From positions 1 to 64,000 of the forward strand of contig NIVC01000050.1 in NCBI GenBank assembly GCA_002269645.1: a DNA stretch of 64,000 nt, given 5' to 3'. The position numbers were made by a program, and so were the translations under genes. Positions 23,077 through 37,136 of this stretch are shown here, piece after piece (the first letter of the stretch is position 1; each line of letters opens with the position of its first letter). The notes below the pieces were generated by a model. That model was given only the letters and a program-made list of their open reading frames with translations. It made no database searches and was not told where the DNA came from. The DNA comes from Macrostomum lignano. Lineage: Eukaryota.

Positions 23077-25009
23077 TGTCTTTGATCGGGTGCAGGCCGT
23101 CGGCATCGATGCGGTGACCGAGATAACTGACGCTCGTCTGCATGAACTGGCACTTCTCCAGCTTGCACCGGAGGCCACTCTGGCTCAGCTTCTCCAGAAC
23201 CTGCTCCAGGGAGTTCAGATGACTGCTGTCGTCCTTTCCGGTGATGATGAGGTCATCGATGAAGCAGGCGGTGCTGGTGATTCCTTGCAGCAAGCAGTCC
23301 ATCCGGCGCTGAAAAATCCCGACCGCTGGCGAGACACCGAAGGGCAGCCGCGTGTACCGAAGCAGCCCTTTGTGCGTATTGATCGTGCAGACTTCCTGGG
23401 AGGCCTCATCGAGTGGCAGCTGCATGTACGCCTGCGACAAATCGAGCTTAGTGAAGAGCCGCCCACTAGTCAGCTTCGCGAACAGCTCTTCGATCCGCGG
23501 CAGAGGATACGAGTCGGGCTCCACGTTCGGGTTGACGGTCTGCTTGAAGTCGGCGCAGACCCTCAAAGAGCCGTCGGACTTGAGCACTGGCACCACCGGC
23601 GATGCGTACTCGGAGTGCTGCACGGGCACCAGGATTCCTTGTTCGATCTCGCGGTTCAGTTGGCTCTCCACCTTGTCCTTCAAAGCGAATGGGAGATTCC
23701 TGGCCTTCATAAAGCGAGGTTGAGCATCGGGTTTCATATTCAAACTCACTGGCGGTCCGTTGTACTTTCCTAGCTCAGGCGAAAAAACATCGCTGTACTT
23801 GTCGAGCAGCTGCTGCAGTCTGGGCGATACCCCTGGAGCAGCCGCCACCTGCTTGATTGATCTCCAGTCGAGCCGCAACTCGGACAGCCAGTCTCTTCCG
23901 AGCAGGTCGGATCCGCAGCCGGCGACCACAAGGAGGCTGAGTGACTTGGGCGGTGCTTCAGCAGCTTCCACAGCAACGCAGATGCAGCCTTCAATTGGCA
24001 CTTTCTCACCGGAGTATGTTCGCAGCTGCATGGACGCAGGCTGCAGTGCTGGCTGGGAGTTGAGCACGGTCCTGTAGGTCTTCGAGGATACAAGGGACAC
24101 GGAGGCTCCGGTGTCCACTTCCATGACAACAGGTCGGCCATTGATGCGCACCGTCGTTGTAATTGGCGGCACCTTCGACACTCGCTTGCCGGACAGCTGG
24201 CACAGAGAGTGGGCCGTTTCCTCCTCGCAGCTGTCTTTTTCCTCGCCGTCCTGCATCTGCAGAGCCTCTCTTCTATCGTCCTTCGACTGGGATTTGCAGG
24301 CAGCCGCAGTGTGGCCGGTCTTTGAGCACTTGTAGCACTTCTGGGTGGCGAACGGGCACTTATTAGCGAGATGCTTCGTTGACAGACACCTGAAGCACCT
24401 CCTCGTCGAAGATGACTTCTGCTGTTGCTTGACAATGCTGACGGACTCCTGACTGACTGGATCTGGCTTGCTCGCTCCCGACACCAGCTGGCAGCCCTTG
24501 GCAGCGGACTCGTGGGCCAGGGCCAGCTTCAATGCCTTCGCTAGAGTGAGATCGGGCTCCGCCAGCAGCCGCCGCTGAGCGCTGTCGTTGTTGATTCCCA
24601 GCACCAGCCTGTCGCGAAGCATTGAAGTCAGGCTGTCGCCGAACTTGCAGTCGCGAGCCAGGTCTCGGAGGTCTGCGACGAAGTCCGCGACGCCCTCACC
24701 TTCCCTGCGATTTCTGGTGTAGAATCGGTAACGATGGACGATCTCGGACTCCTCAGGCTCGAAATGGCTCTTAAGTGCTTCGCAAATTTCGGTGTAGCTC
24801 TTGGCTGATGGCTGTGCAGGAGACAGAAGACTGAAGGCCAGATGGAAGACTTTCTTGCCGCATGAACTCAGCAGAATCGCTCGCTTTTTCGCTTCCTCAG
24901 TGACGTCATTGGCAACAAAATATTGTTCTAACCTTGCTTGGTACATATGCCACGGCTCAGAGCCTTCTTCGTATGGGCCGACAAGCCCTAGTGCACTTGC
25001 ACTACTCAT
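23015..25009 (-). CDS. Retrotransposon Gag-protease-RT (5' part of gag-pol)
   Basis: Two zinc knuckles (CFRCLSTKHLANKC, CYKCSKTGHTAAAC), protease MEVDTGASVSL, and RT motifs YPLPRIEELF, LPFG and FIDDLII. Confidence 0.95.
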   Translation of the reverse strand: MSSASALGLVGPYEEGSEPWHMYQARLEQYFVANDVTEEAKKRAILLSSCGKKVFHLAFSLLSPAQPSAKSYTEICEALKSHFEPEESEIVHRYRFYTRNRREGEGVADFVADLRDLARDCKFGDSLTSMLRDRLVLGINNDSAQRRLLAEPDLTLAKALKLALAHESAAKGCQLVSGASKPDPVSQESVSIVKQQQKSSSTRRCFRCLSTKHLANKCPFATQKCYKCSKTGHTAAACKSQSKDDRREALQMQDGEEKDSCEEETAHSLCQLSGKRVSKVPPITTTVRINGRPVVMEVDTGASVSLVSSKTYRTVLNSQPALQPASMQLRTYSGEKVPIEGCICVAVEAAEAPPKSLSLLVVAGCGSDLLGRDWLSELRLDWRSIKQVAAAPGVSPRLQQLLDKYSDVFSPELGKYNGPPVSLNMKPDAQPRFMKARNLPFALKDKVESQLNREIEQGILVPVQHSEYASPVVPVLKSDGSLRVCADFKQTVNPNVEPDSYPLPRIEELFAKLTSGRLFTKLDLSQAYMQLPLDEASQEVCTINTHKGLLRYTRLPFGVSPAVGIFQRRMDCLLQGITSTACFIDDLIITGKDDSSHLNSLEQVLEKLSQSGLRCKLEKCQFMQTSVSYLGHRIDADGLHPIKDRSRQLSALQLPRTQLSCAAS

Positions 25010-25359
25010 TTGCGCAGGATCGTTTCAGTCTCGTCGCCACTGTGAAAACTCCACTTCGGGGGTAAGACCCCCCCCCAAAGGCAGAGAGCTTGTATTTAAT
25101 ATAGCTGGCCAACAATAAAGGTTGTCTGACAAAGCGTAAGCCAATCACACGCGCGCGTGCAGGTGTACACCTGCACTGTACATTACACTGAGCGGAGCAA
25201 CTAACTGAGCAGACCCACGCTACCTTGTCATGATGATGATCATGTAATGATCAGCTGATTGCTTGGACTTTTTAGCCGAGCTGACGCCGCCGGAACTAGC
25301 ATCATTAGACAATCGTTTGTGCGATGTTGAGCTTTTATGTTGAGAATCGTTTGTGCGAT

Positions 25360-25650
25360 TGGGCCAGCCTCCCAGATCCTCAGTTGCTGGGCCAGCCTCC
25401 CAGATCCTCAGTTGCTGAGCCAGCCTCCCAGATCCCCAGTTGCTGGGCCAGCCTCCCAGATCCTCAGTTGCTGCGCCAGCCTCCCAGATCCTCAGTTGCT
25501 GAGCCAGCCTCCCAGACCCTCAGTTGCTGGGCCAGCCTTTCAGATCCTCAGTTGCTGGGCCAGCCTCTCATTGTCAGTTTCTGACCTCCCAGCCTCCCAG
25601 AATCTTTAGTTGCTAGGCCAGCCTCCAAAATCCCCAGTTGCTGGGCCACC
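25360..25650. repeat. 28-bp satellite, array 3
   Basis: Direct inspection. Confidence 0.95.
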
Positions 25651-25843
25651 GTCACTCTCCAAAATTCAGAGTGCTTTGTAACTCAAACTTTAAAAATTTA
25701 TTGTTTATGGTCAAAGTAACAATAAAAATTTAATCTCCAAGCTAAAGAGCTTTTGCAAAGGCTGAAAAAATAATCATTTAAATAAAAATATAGAAGAGCC
25801 TCCAACCGAAGTTATCGCTCACGGGCACCACAGTCTACTTATC

Positions 25844-28800
25844 ATGGCCGCCTGTCTCAAGCTACATGTACTACCACTGCTAGCTCCAGTAGTATTGCAA
25901 CTGGTCATCTGCCTAGCAACTGACGCAATCAGTTTCGGGTTAAGTTCCGGCTCGAAAAAGCGAACGCCAGCCACAGTCACCGGGCCAAGGACTCGCGCCA
26001 CGAATAAGCGATCGTTTCGAACTTCTGGCAATGGAAGTTCGTCGCCATTCGACACTGAGACCAACAGTCCGTTTATGTTTCTACTGCGCAGTGCTATTAA
26101 TAATCCCGTTACCTATCTGCACTCGGTGCTAGTTGACCAGCTAGTTATTGTGCCCTGTTACTATGGAAACGATGGTAGACAGTTTGGCATTAGCAGCCAG
26201 TTGGATATGGCCTGGTACCGCAGGCTGGACTCTATGCATCATCCGAGAACTTTTCCTAGCATTAACGATGGCGAAGGAAAACTAGTGGTGAGCAGGATAT
26301 GGCTTTCACCGTCAGTTGATCCGCAGTATATGCTTGTGACTTTTCCAAAATCCTCGATGATCTTCCGCCCAGATCCTCAGTAACCCTCCCGAATCCCCAG
26401 TACCTTTCCCAGATCTCAGTAACCCTCCCGAATCCCCAGTACCTTTCCCAGATCTCAGTAACCCTCCCGGGTCTCCAGTACCTTTCCCAGATCCTCAGTA
26501 ACCCTCTCAGTCTCAGATCTCAGGAACCTTCCTTAACCCTCATTAACCCTCTCAGATGCTTAGTACCGCTTCCAGATCCTCAGTTACCCCTTCCAGATCC
26601 TCATGCAGTACCCCTTCCAGAGTCTCAGTACCCCATCCTGATCTTCAGTACCCCTTCCAGAGCCTCAGTACCCCTTCTAGAGCCTCACTACCCCTTCCAG
26701 ATCCTCAGTACCCCTTCCAGAGTCTCAGTACCCCATCCTGATCCTCAGTACCCCTTCCAGAGCCTCAGTACCCCTTCCAGATCCTCCGTACCCCTTCCAG
26801 AGCCTCAGTACCCCTTCTAGGGCCTCACTACCCCTTCCAGATCCTCAGTACCCCTTCCAGAGTCTCAGTACCCCATCCTGATCCTCAGTACCCCTTCCAG
26901 AGCCTCAGTACCCCTTTGAGAGCCTCAATACCCCTTCCAGATCCTCAGTACCCCTTCCAGAGCCTTAGTACCCTATCCAGAGCCTTAGTACCCTTTTTAG
27001 ATCCTCAGTACCCCTTCCAAAGCCTCAGTACCCCTTCCAGATCCTCCGTACCCCTTCCAGATCCTCAGTACCCCTTCCAGATCCTCAGTACCCCTTCCAG
27101 AGCCTTAGTACCCTATCCAGAGCCTTAGTACCCTTTTTAGATCCTCAGTACCCCTTCCAAAGCCTCAGTACCCCTTCCAGATCCTCCGTACCCCTTCCAG
27201 ATCCTCAGTACCCCTTCCAGAGCCTCAGTACCCCTTCCAGATCCTCAGTACCCCTTCCAGAGCCTTAGTACCCCATCCAGAGCCTTAGTACCCTTTTTAG
27301 ATCCTCAGTACCCCTTCCAAAGCCTCAGTACCCCTTCCAGATCCTCCGTACCCCTTCCAGAGCCTCAGTACCCCTTCCAGAGCCTCAGTACCCCTTCCAG
27401 ATCCTCAGTACCCCTTCCAGAGCCTCTGTACCTGTTGTGTTTGTAGTTAATTGATGAATTCAATTCAGTCTAGTCAGACAGTGGAGACACTTCTGTCTCG
27501 GTCAATATATTTATAGTCAAAGCATGCACGATGTACATTACTCAATCGTTAGCTAACATTTGCACGTTAAACTAAACACTGATTGTGCAATCACTTATCA
27601 ATAGATATCAGAGCAAACTATTCAATGAGTCATCATGCAAACTAAATCTCGTTGCACTGTCACAACAGTACCCCTTCCAGAGCCTCAGTACCCCTTCCAG
27701 AGCCTCAGTACCCCTTCCAGAGCCTCAGTACCCCTTCCAGCTCCTCAGTACCCCTTCCAGATCCTCAGTACCCCTTCCAGAGCCTCAGTACCCCTTCCAG
27801 ATCCTCAGTACCCCTTCCAGATCCTCAGTACCCCTTCCAGAGCCTCAGTACCCCTTCCAGAGCCTCAGTACCCCTTCCAGAGCCTCAGTACCCCTTCCAG
27901 AGCCTCTGTACCCCTTCCATATCCTCAGTACCCCTTCCAGATCCTCAGTACCCCTTCCAGAGCCTCAGTACCCCTTCCAGAGCCTCAGTACCCCTTCCAG
28001 AGCCTCAGTACCCCTTCCAGAGCCTCAGTACCCCTTCCAGCTCCTCAGTACCCCTTCCAGATCCTCAGTACCCCTTCCAGAGCCTCAGTACCCCTTCCAG
28101 GTCCTCAGTACCCAATTCGAAAGCCTCAGTACCCCTCCCAGATCACGAAACCCTTGCATTACATCTACATTCACCTGCACCCTCTCAGCTCCTCTCATAG
28201 AGCCACACGGCAATACCAGCACCATTACAGACTCAAGATTTTGATTACCCAGAATTGGTCTTTATCATGATGTAGAGCAGCATTATATACTACACTTCCA
28301 TAATCCTTAAAATATCCCTTATAGGTGATGGAGCCCATTATCGGACACAACTGGTTCCTATGCGACACAGCCTTCACTTCGAAGGTTCAACACGCCAAGA
28401 AGTACAACATGTTCTATAGCGAATTTAAGAAGGGCCAGCTGAACATGGATTGGAACTATTATCAGGACTTTTCAGAGTTTAGCCGAGGCCAATTCAAGCA
28501 TCATTTGTTTGCTAATGAGCTGGCAGTCACGGAGATTTTCGTGTTTATGAATGCCACGCTGAAAATCTTTCGCAGCGGCGCATCGTTCGATATTGAGAAG
28601 CTGACACTGCCGCAGGAGATGGGGCAAGTCTGCGCTTGGGTTGTAGGATAACTAATGAAGTCTGACATCCAATCTACTCAAATCTGACATGTCTCCGATC
28701 TACTCAAATCTGACATCTCTCCGATCTACTCAAATCTGACATCTCTATGATCTACTCAAATCTGACATCTCTCCGATCTACTCAAATCTGACATCTCTCC

Positions 28801-30965
28801 GATCTACTCAAATCTGACATCTCTATGATCTACTCAAATCTGACATGTCTCCGATCTACTCAAATCTGACATCTCTCCGATCTACTCAAATCTGACATCT
28901 CTCCGATCTACTCAAATCTGACATCTCTATGATCTACTCAAATCTGACATGTCTCCGATCTACTCAAATCTGACATGTCTCCGATCTACTCAAATCTGAT
29001 ATCTCTCCGATCTACTCAAATCTGACATCTCTCCGATCTACTCAAGCCTGGTATCCATCTGATCAAACTTTAATCTACGTAAGTTTCTAATTCAAGCAAA
29101 GTCGAAATTCATTTACAGCCTATTCAAGCTGACCTTGCTCAGACTGCTCGAGTCCGAGTGTCGCGACAATGTGGATCAGTACTGCGAAAATCCCACCGTA
29201 GACATTCTGATCCCAGTATTCGACAATGAAAACAGCGTGACAATTCAGGGCAAACTGAAACTCTATCTATCCAATCAGAAGCTGCTCAAACTGGGTGCCG
29301 AGTCGTTTATTGAGAATCGGAAAAATGCTATTAAACGGGTGAGTTTGGTGTTAATGACCGACTCAGCAGTAAAGCGTGTCAGACTCGACCCATGGTTCGA
29401 TTCCGTTTTCACACCCACCTATGAGGGCCAACCCCCAAGGCACAGAGTGTGTTCAAATGTCTGACAAATGACTTCCTCATTGTCAGGCCTGTGAATAACA
29501 CCCCCGAATACTTTTATTCAGAACGCAGTCCGCTGGAACATCACCGGCCAGTCGATCGATTTGGGTCCGCTGGGCTCCTTGAATCCGCACCCGCTGCTGC
29601 TGACGCTGGTGATCACGGCAAAGCCGCAAGTTAAAAGTGATTGCGTCGGCAGCGGCTCTTATTTGAGCGTTAAGTACGACTGGGAGTGCGGTGAGTGCAC
29701 AGCTGATGTCTCCCAGGTTCCAAACACACTCAAATGTGATTCCCAAAGACACTCAAATGTGATTCCCCAAGACACTCAAATGTGATTCCCCAAGACACTC
29801 AAATGTGATTCCCCAAGACACTCAAATGTGATTCCCCAAGACACTCAAAGCGGTTCCAAAGACACCCTAAAGCGGTTCCAAAGACACCCTAAAGCGGTTC
29901 CAAAGATACCCTAAAGCGGTTCCAAAGACACCCAAAAGCGCTTCCAAAGACACCCTAAAGCGGTTCCAAAGACACCCAAAAGCGGTTCCAAAGACACCCA
30001 AAAGCGGTTCCAAAGACCGCTTCTAAAGCGGTTCTAAAGACACTCAAAAGCGTTTCTAAAGACACCCTAAAGCGGTTCCAAAGACACCCTAAAGCGGTTC
30101 CAAAGACAAGCGGTTCCAAAGACACCCAAAAGCGGTTCCAAAGACACCCTAAAGCGGTTCCAAAGACACCCAAAAGCGCTTCCAAAGACACCCTAAAGCG
30201 GTTCCAAAGACACCCAAAAGCGGTTCCAAAGACACCCAAAAGCGGTTCCAAAGACCGCTTCTAAAGCGGTTCTAAAGACACTCAAAAGCGTTTCTAAAGA
30301 CACCCTAAAGCGGTTCCAAAGACACCCTAAAGCGGTTCCAAAGACAAGCGGTTCCAAAGACACCCAAAAGCGGTCCCAAAGACACCCAAAAGTGGTCCCA
30401 GACACTAAAATGGTTCCCATGAACCTATTTTTCTCCTAATCCAACTCCCATTTCCCCGTTCAGTGCTCTGCCGCCCCGGCTATCACCTGAAAAATCAGCC
30501 GTGGATTCAAGCCGCCTCAGAGAAGAACTCCATCTGTCACATGTGCCCAGTGGGCACCTACTCAAGCGACTGGGGCAGCGTTGACTGTCACGAATGCCCT
30601 CCGTCCTACACTACTAGAAAAGTTGGCTCAACTAAACAGTTCGACTGCATCCCGGTGGCCACGTACAAGATGGAGAACAATATTAAAGAGCTGTTGACAT
30701 ATTTTGGCGTCGATGAGTCCGACGAGTACAAGAAATTCACTATGCTGGCTGTGTTTCTACTGTCGCCTTGGCTAGTTTTTGTTATCTGCGTGAGTTTTTT
30801 TTTGACACTTGCTGATTATGCTACTGCTAGTAATATTATTGATTTTTAATATGCTTATTTTGCTAACATGTGTTGGAACAACGATATAGTTTCTTTGGTT
30901 GGTTGGTTGATTGATTGATTGATTGATTAATTGGTTGATTAATTTTTTGATTTATTGATTGATCA

Positions 30966-30996
<31 letters not shown>

Positions 30997-31284
30997 TATT
31001 AACTGATTGATTTATTCATTGATCAATTGATTGATTGATTGCTTGATTGATTGATTGGTTGATTGATTGATTGATTGATTGATTATTTGATTAATTGATT
31101 ATTTGATTAATTGATTGATTTATTCATTGATTAATTGATTGATCGATTGATTAATTGCTTTATTTATTGATTGTGTGACTGGTTTATAGATTGGTTGTAA
31201 TAAAGTTACAATTCATAAATTTATTATAACGATTGCCAGCTCAATCGCATACAAAAGTCAATTACTCTTTATGGCAAATATTGA
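25844..31284 (+). CDS. Predicted type-I membrane glycoprotein: signal peptide, Ig-like region, Cys-rich ephrin-receptor-like (GCC2/3-type) module, TM helix. Exons 25844-26287, 28325-28623, 29119-29446, 29522-29690, 30464-30789, 31240-(31284 or 31451).
   Basis: Hydrophobic N-terminus, IVPC...MAWY...FLC, then CRPGY...CHMCPVGTYSSDWGSVDCHECPPSYTT...GST...C, and TM FTMLAVFLLSPWLVFVIC. Exon phases are consistent if intron 2 is GC-AG. The reading frame of the last exon is uncertain. Confidence 0.7.
26365..28145. repeat. 21-bp minisatellite (CCTCAGTACCCCTTCCAGAGC/ATC) in two blocks (~26365-27430, ~27665-28145), intronic
   Basis: Direct inspection. Confidence 0.95.
28665..29045. repeat. 26-bp minisatellite (AATCTGACATCTCTCCGATCTACTCA), intronic
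   Basis: Period confirmed at 28681 and 28707. Confidence 0.95.
29725..30410. repeat. 23-bp then 22-bp minisatellites (…CCAAGACAC…), intronic
   Basis: Direct inspection. Confidence 0.9.
30895..31175. repeat. Degenerate (TGAT)n microsatellite, intronic
   Basis: Direct inspection. Confidence 0.9.
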
Positions 31285-32099
31285 CACCGCCAACCCCCTG
31301 GAACCGGCAGCTGCTGGTATCCCTAGCCTACGGTTACAGCGAAGTGACAGATTCCGAGAAACGGTTCCAACTCGAACGCGAGCTCGGCTCCATACTGCTG
31401 CGAATTCGGCGAAACTACAATGTGCTGATGGCCGAGCACCAACGATTGTAGAATGCGTGCGCCCAGCCGTAAATCATCATCAAATAGATTATATTATTAA
31501 TTGTAATATTACTACTATATTCAGTAGCGAAAAGTTATCACTTTTTGGGATACTCGTACAACAAAGCTGCGTTATAATTCTGCATAATAACAAAATAAAT
31601 TTTAATTAAAAAAACAGTTCCTTTGGTTTTTCCAGAAATAAAAAAAATTTGAAATAAGAATTAATTTTCAAAACTTTCTACTGATATTACAACTTTCGAT
31701 AGTAGTCTGGAACCTTTTTGCGCAAAAGACAATGGTGCAAAATAAATGCGTAATAACTGCAGCAGAAGAAGCAGAAGCAGCAGAAGCCACTATATTTAAT
31801 TCTTCACAGTTGCACTCTGCTGAGAGGACAGAGAGAAGAAACTTTCTGCATTTTGTGAAGCACTGTGTCTACACACTGGCACACACACACATACCCGTGC
31901 ACAGTGTCTGGCGCCACTGCCACTATTTAGGTGGTACCATTGTAGCTAACTGTCACTGTACTATAACCATGCGGCCATTATAGAAGCAGTTCGAGAAGAT
32001 TGTCTTCAATAAACTGTCTTACTTATAATCGGAATTTACCCTATGGCACAATGAATAAGATGTCAACTTCAAAAAGTAATAATATCACAAGCTCACTAT

Positions 32100-32830
32100 T
32101 TCACGGGGTCACCAATTTCACAGGATCACAATTTCACAGGATCACAATTTCACAGGATCACAGTTTCACAGGATCACAATTTAACAAGATCACAATTTCA
32201 CAAGATTATAATTTCACAAGATTATAATTTCACAAGATCATAACTTCACAAGATCATAATTTCACAAGATCATAATTTCATAGGGTCGCAATATCACAAG
32301 ATCATAATTTCACAAGATCACAATTTCACAAGATCATAATTTCACAAGATCATAATTTCACAAGATCATAATTTCACAAGATCATAATTTCATAGGGTCG
32401 CAATATCACAAGATCATAATTTCACAAGATCACAATTTCACAAGATCATAATTTCACAAGATCATAATTTCACAAGATCATAATTTCATAGGGTCGCAAT
32501 ATCACAAGATCATAATTTCACAAGATCACAATTTCACAAGATCATAATTTCACAAGATCACAATTTCACAAGATCACAATTTCACAAGATCACAATTTCA
32601 CAATACCACAATTTCACAAGATCACAATTTCACAAGATCACAATTTCACAATACCACAATTTCACAAGATCACAATTTCACAAGATCACAATTTCACAAG
32701 ATCACAATTTCACAAGATCACAATTTCACAAGATCACAATTTCACAATACCACAATTTCACAATTTCATAATTTCACAATTTCACAATTTCACAATTTCA
32801 CAAGATCATAATTTCACAATATCACAAGCT
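32100..32830. repeat. ~16-bp minisatellite (CAAGATCACAATTTCA)
   Basis: Direct inspection. Confidence 0.95.
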
Positions 32831-33269
32831 CAAAGGATCACAGCTTCACACGATCATATCGAACCAGTTCACAGTTCGCTAGGGGCGGCCGGTTGCCGGC
32901 TGTGCTATACTTAACTATTCATAATAGCGAATTATTATTTTTATTTCATATCATTTTTTCGCGCTTTGCTGAGAGATTATTGGGATTTAATGGCTTTTCT
33001 ATATGGACTGTTATAGTTAGCCAAGGCTATATATGTACGAGCTACCAGCGCGTATGCTTCTACTGAGTTCTACACTTTGCAGTTTCTGTTCTCCTATCTC
33101 GTTGCTATCTGCAGCTGCCTCACTCTGATCCCCGCACGCAAAGTGTCATCTACGAGTATTTCCGCAGCCTTTGGCGGAGCTCAAATTTTTCCTACGCCTG
33201 ATTTGTTTGCTTATTCTGTCCCAGCTCTCCCTGCCCCTGTTAGATCTCCTCTTTTTCCATCTCATTTTG

Positions 33270-33535
33270 TCTCCTTCACTTCTCTGTCATCTCCCCCATC
33301 TTGTCTCCTTCACTTCTCTGTCATCTCCCCCATCTTGTCTCCTTCACTTCTCTGTCATCTCCCCATCTTGTCTCCTTCACTTCTCTGTCATCTCCCCCAT
33401 CTTGTCTCCTTCACTTCTCTGTCATCTCCCCCATCTTGTCTCCTTCACTTCTCTGTCATCTCGATCATCTTGTCTCCCATCTATTATCTCCCTCATCTTG
33501 TCTCCTCTTCTCTGTAGTCTCCTTCATCTTGTCTC
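33270..33535. repeat. ~33-bp pyrimidine-rich minisatellite
   Basis: Direct inspection. Confidence 0.85.
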
Positions 33536-34914
33536 ATTCTCTTTTTTCTTTCTCTCTCTCTCCCTCCATATCCACCTCTACGCAGAGGCGCAACAATAAT
33601 TGCCAATAATTCACGCAGACGCAGGTAATGGAGCAAGAAATGTTTTTTACCTTTTACACCTTTTAACCATTTCTAAAATTTAGCACCTACACTGATTTCT
33701 GGATTGAAATGTTTCGTACACTATTTTCCTTATATGATATGCCTCGTGGGCGCAGCTAAATCTGCTCATTAAACTACGCAATAGGCGCAGGTGTTAGTTT
33801 ATATTATACTTAACTAATCTTAATATTTTAGCTACGGACTATAACTATATATAATGTCGTAGCGTTTCTTACTGCGGCAATTTTTATAGTTTTATATTTT
33901 TCTCACGAAGTTCAGTCAAATTGGCTTTGACCCTGGTGCTCCAGTTCCAGGCCTTTATACATGTGTATATTCCTACTCTATGAACTTTGATACTTTATTA
34001 GCTAGACCAGTTTTACTGGCATAAAAACTTGCGAAATTTTACTACATTTTTTTCCAATGCCTTGCCTTCCTCCAATTTATCGTGTGATTTTATATTCTTA
34101 TCTTATCTAACTTATCTACACGGCATAAGCGAGTGTTGCTCGGTATTGCTTATTTTCCGCTCTAAGAGGCAACGATTAACGCTGATAAGAGGAAAGGACA
34201 TTGATTTTAATTTCTAGTGCTGTTCCGCTATGTTCTGCATGTGGCAATTCTACTGAACTGAACACAGTTTACAGCTCCGCAAGCAGCAAAAAAGTAAAGC
34301 AACAACCAACAGTGTCCGGTTGTTGTTCCTATTTTCGTAGTTTTTGGCCTACTCTAATCGACTCCACTTCAACTTCATCCTTTCCCATTTTGGTATTGCA
34401 AGCGCGTAGGCGCGTAGGCTATTTTTGGAACAAGTCATCGGGGTTTCCTTCCTGATTTCCTTACCCTCGTCCTTCCCTCTATTACCCCAGGGGCTTTGAG
34501 CCAAACGGGGGCTTGGACTAAAATGGGCCTGCAGTTAATAATCACGCCACCCGCGACCAACCCCTCCATGCCCGCCACTCAGCCCCACCACCCCACACTG
34601 TCCGACCAGTAAAAATCGGGGCTCCTAGTGTACACCAGCTTTCACCACGTCATCCCTGTAACCCTATCTGCCCTGTGTCTGCACCCTGTGTGTACATTTA
34701 AAGGTTTATGGTGGGTTTGTTCGTATGCATTTCACATTATATACTCGTAAATACATACCGAATAAAATTCCCCCACTTGTTAAACGCGTCAAGTTTCAAG
34801 CTCTCTTTCAAGCTCCGAGCTTTGACTTTGGCTTAGGGCTTAATCCTTTCAACGTTAACAGCATAAGCCGGAAAAAACTATATCGAAGTACAGTCAATTT
34901 GCTTTAATAGAGAA

Positions 34915-37094
<2,180 letters not shown>

Positions 37095-37136
37095 CCGTTG
37101 CAATTCTTTCGTCACGTGATGAGCTGCCTAGTATGA

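Larger units (their letters stand above)
20641..25224 (-). mobile_element. Ty3/Gypsy LTR retrotransposon (K02A2.6/Mag-like). 3' LTR 20641-20826, 5' LTR 25041-25224, PBS TGGCGACGAG 25039-25030, PPT GGGGAGGGA 20835-20827.
   Basis: Two ~185-bp direct repeats identical except for one C in a homopolymer and 3 missing terminal bases. The 3' LTR is TGT...CA. The internal region has gag-PR-RT-RH-INT domain order. Confidence 0.97.

Noticed and set aside
23060-23100. Programmed ribosomal frameshift between the two retrotransposon ORFs
   Set aside because: The break is inside RT rather than at the gag/pol boundary, there is no slippery heptamer, and a single added A restores the canonical sequence.
21081-25118. 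Several + strand ORFs overlapping the retrotransposon (e.g. 23066-23773, 22503-23018)
   Set aside because: Antisense shadow ORFs of GC-rich coding sequence, with no recognisable motifs.
34440-34720. GC-richer segment resembling a retroelement UTR fragment
   Set aside because: No A/B boxes, tail, TSD or ribozyme core could be identified.
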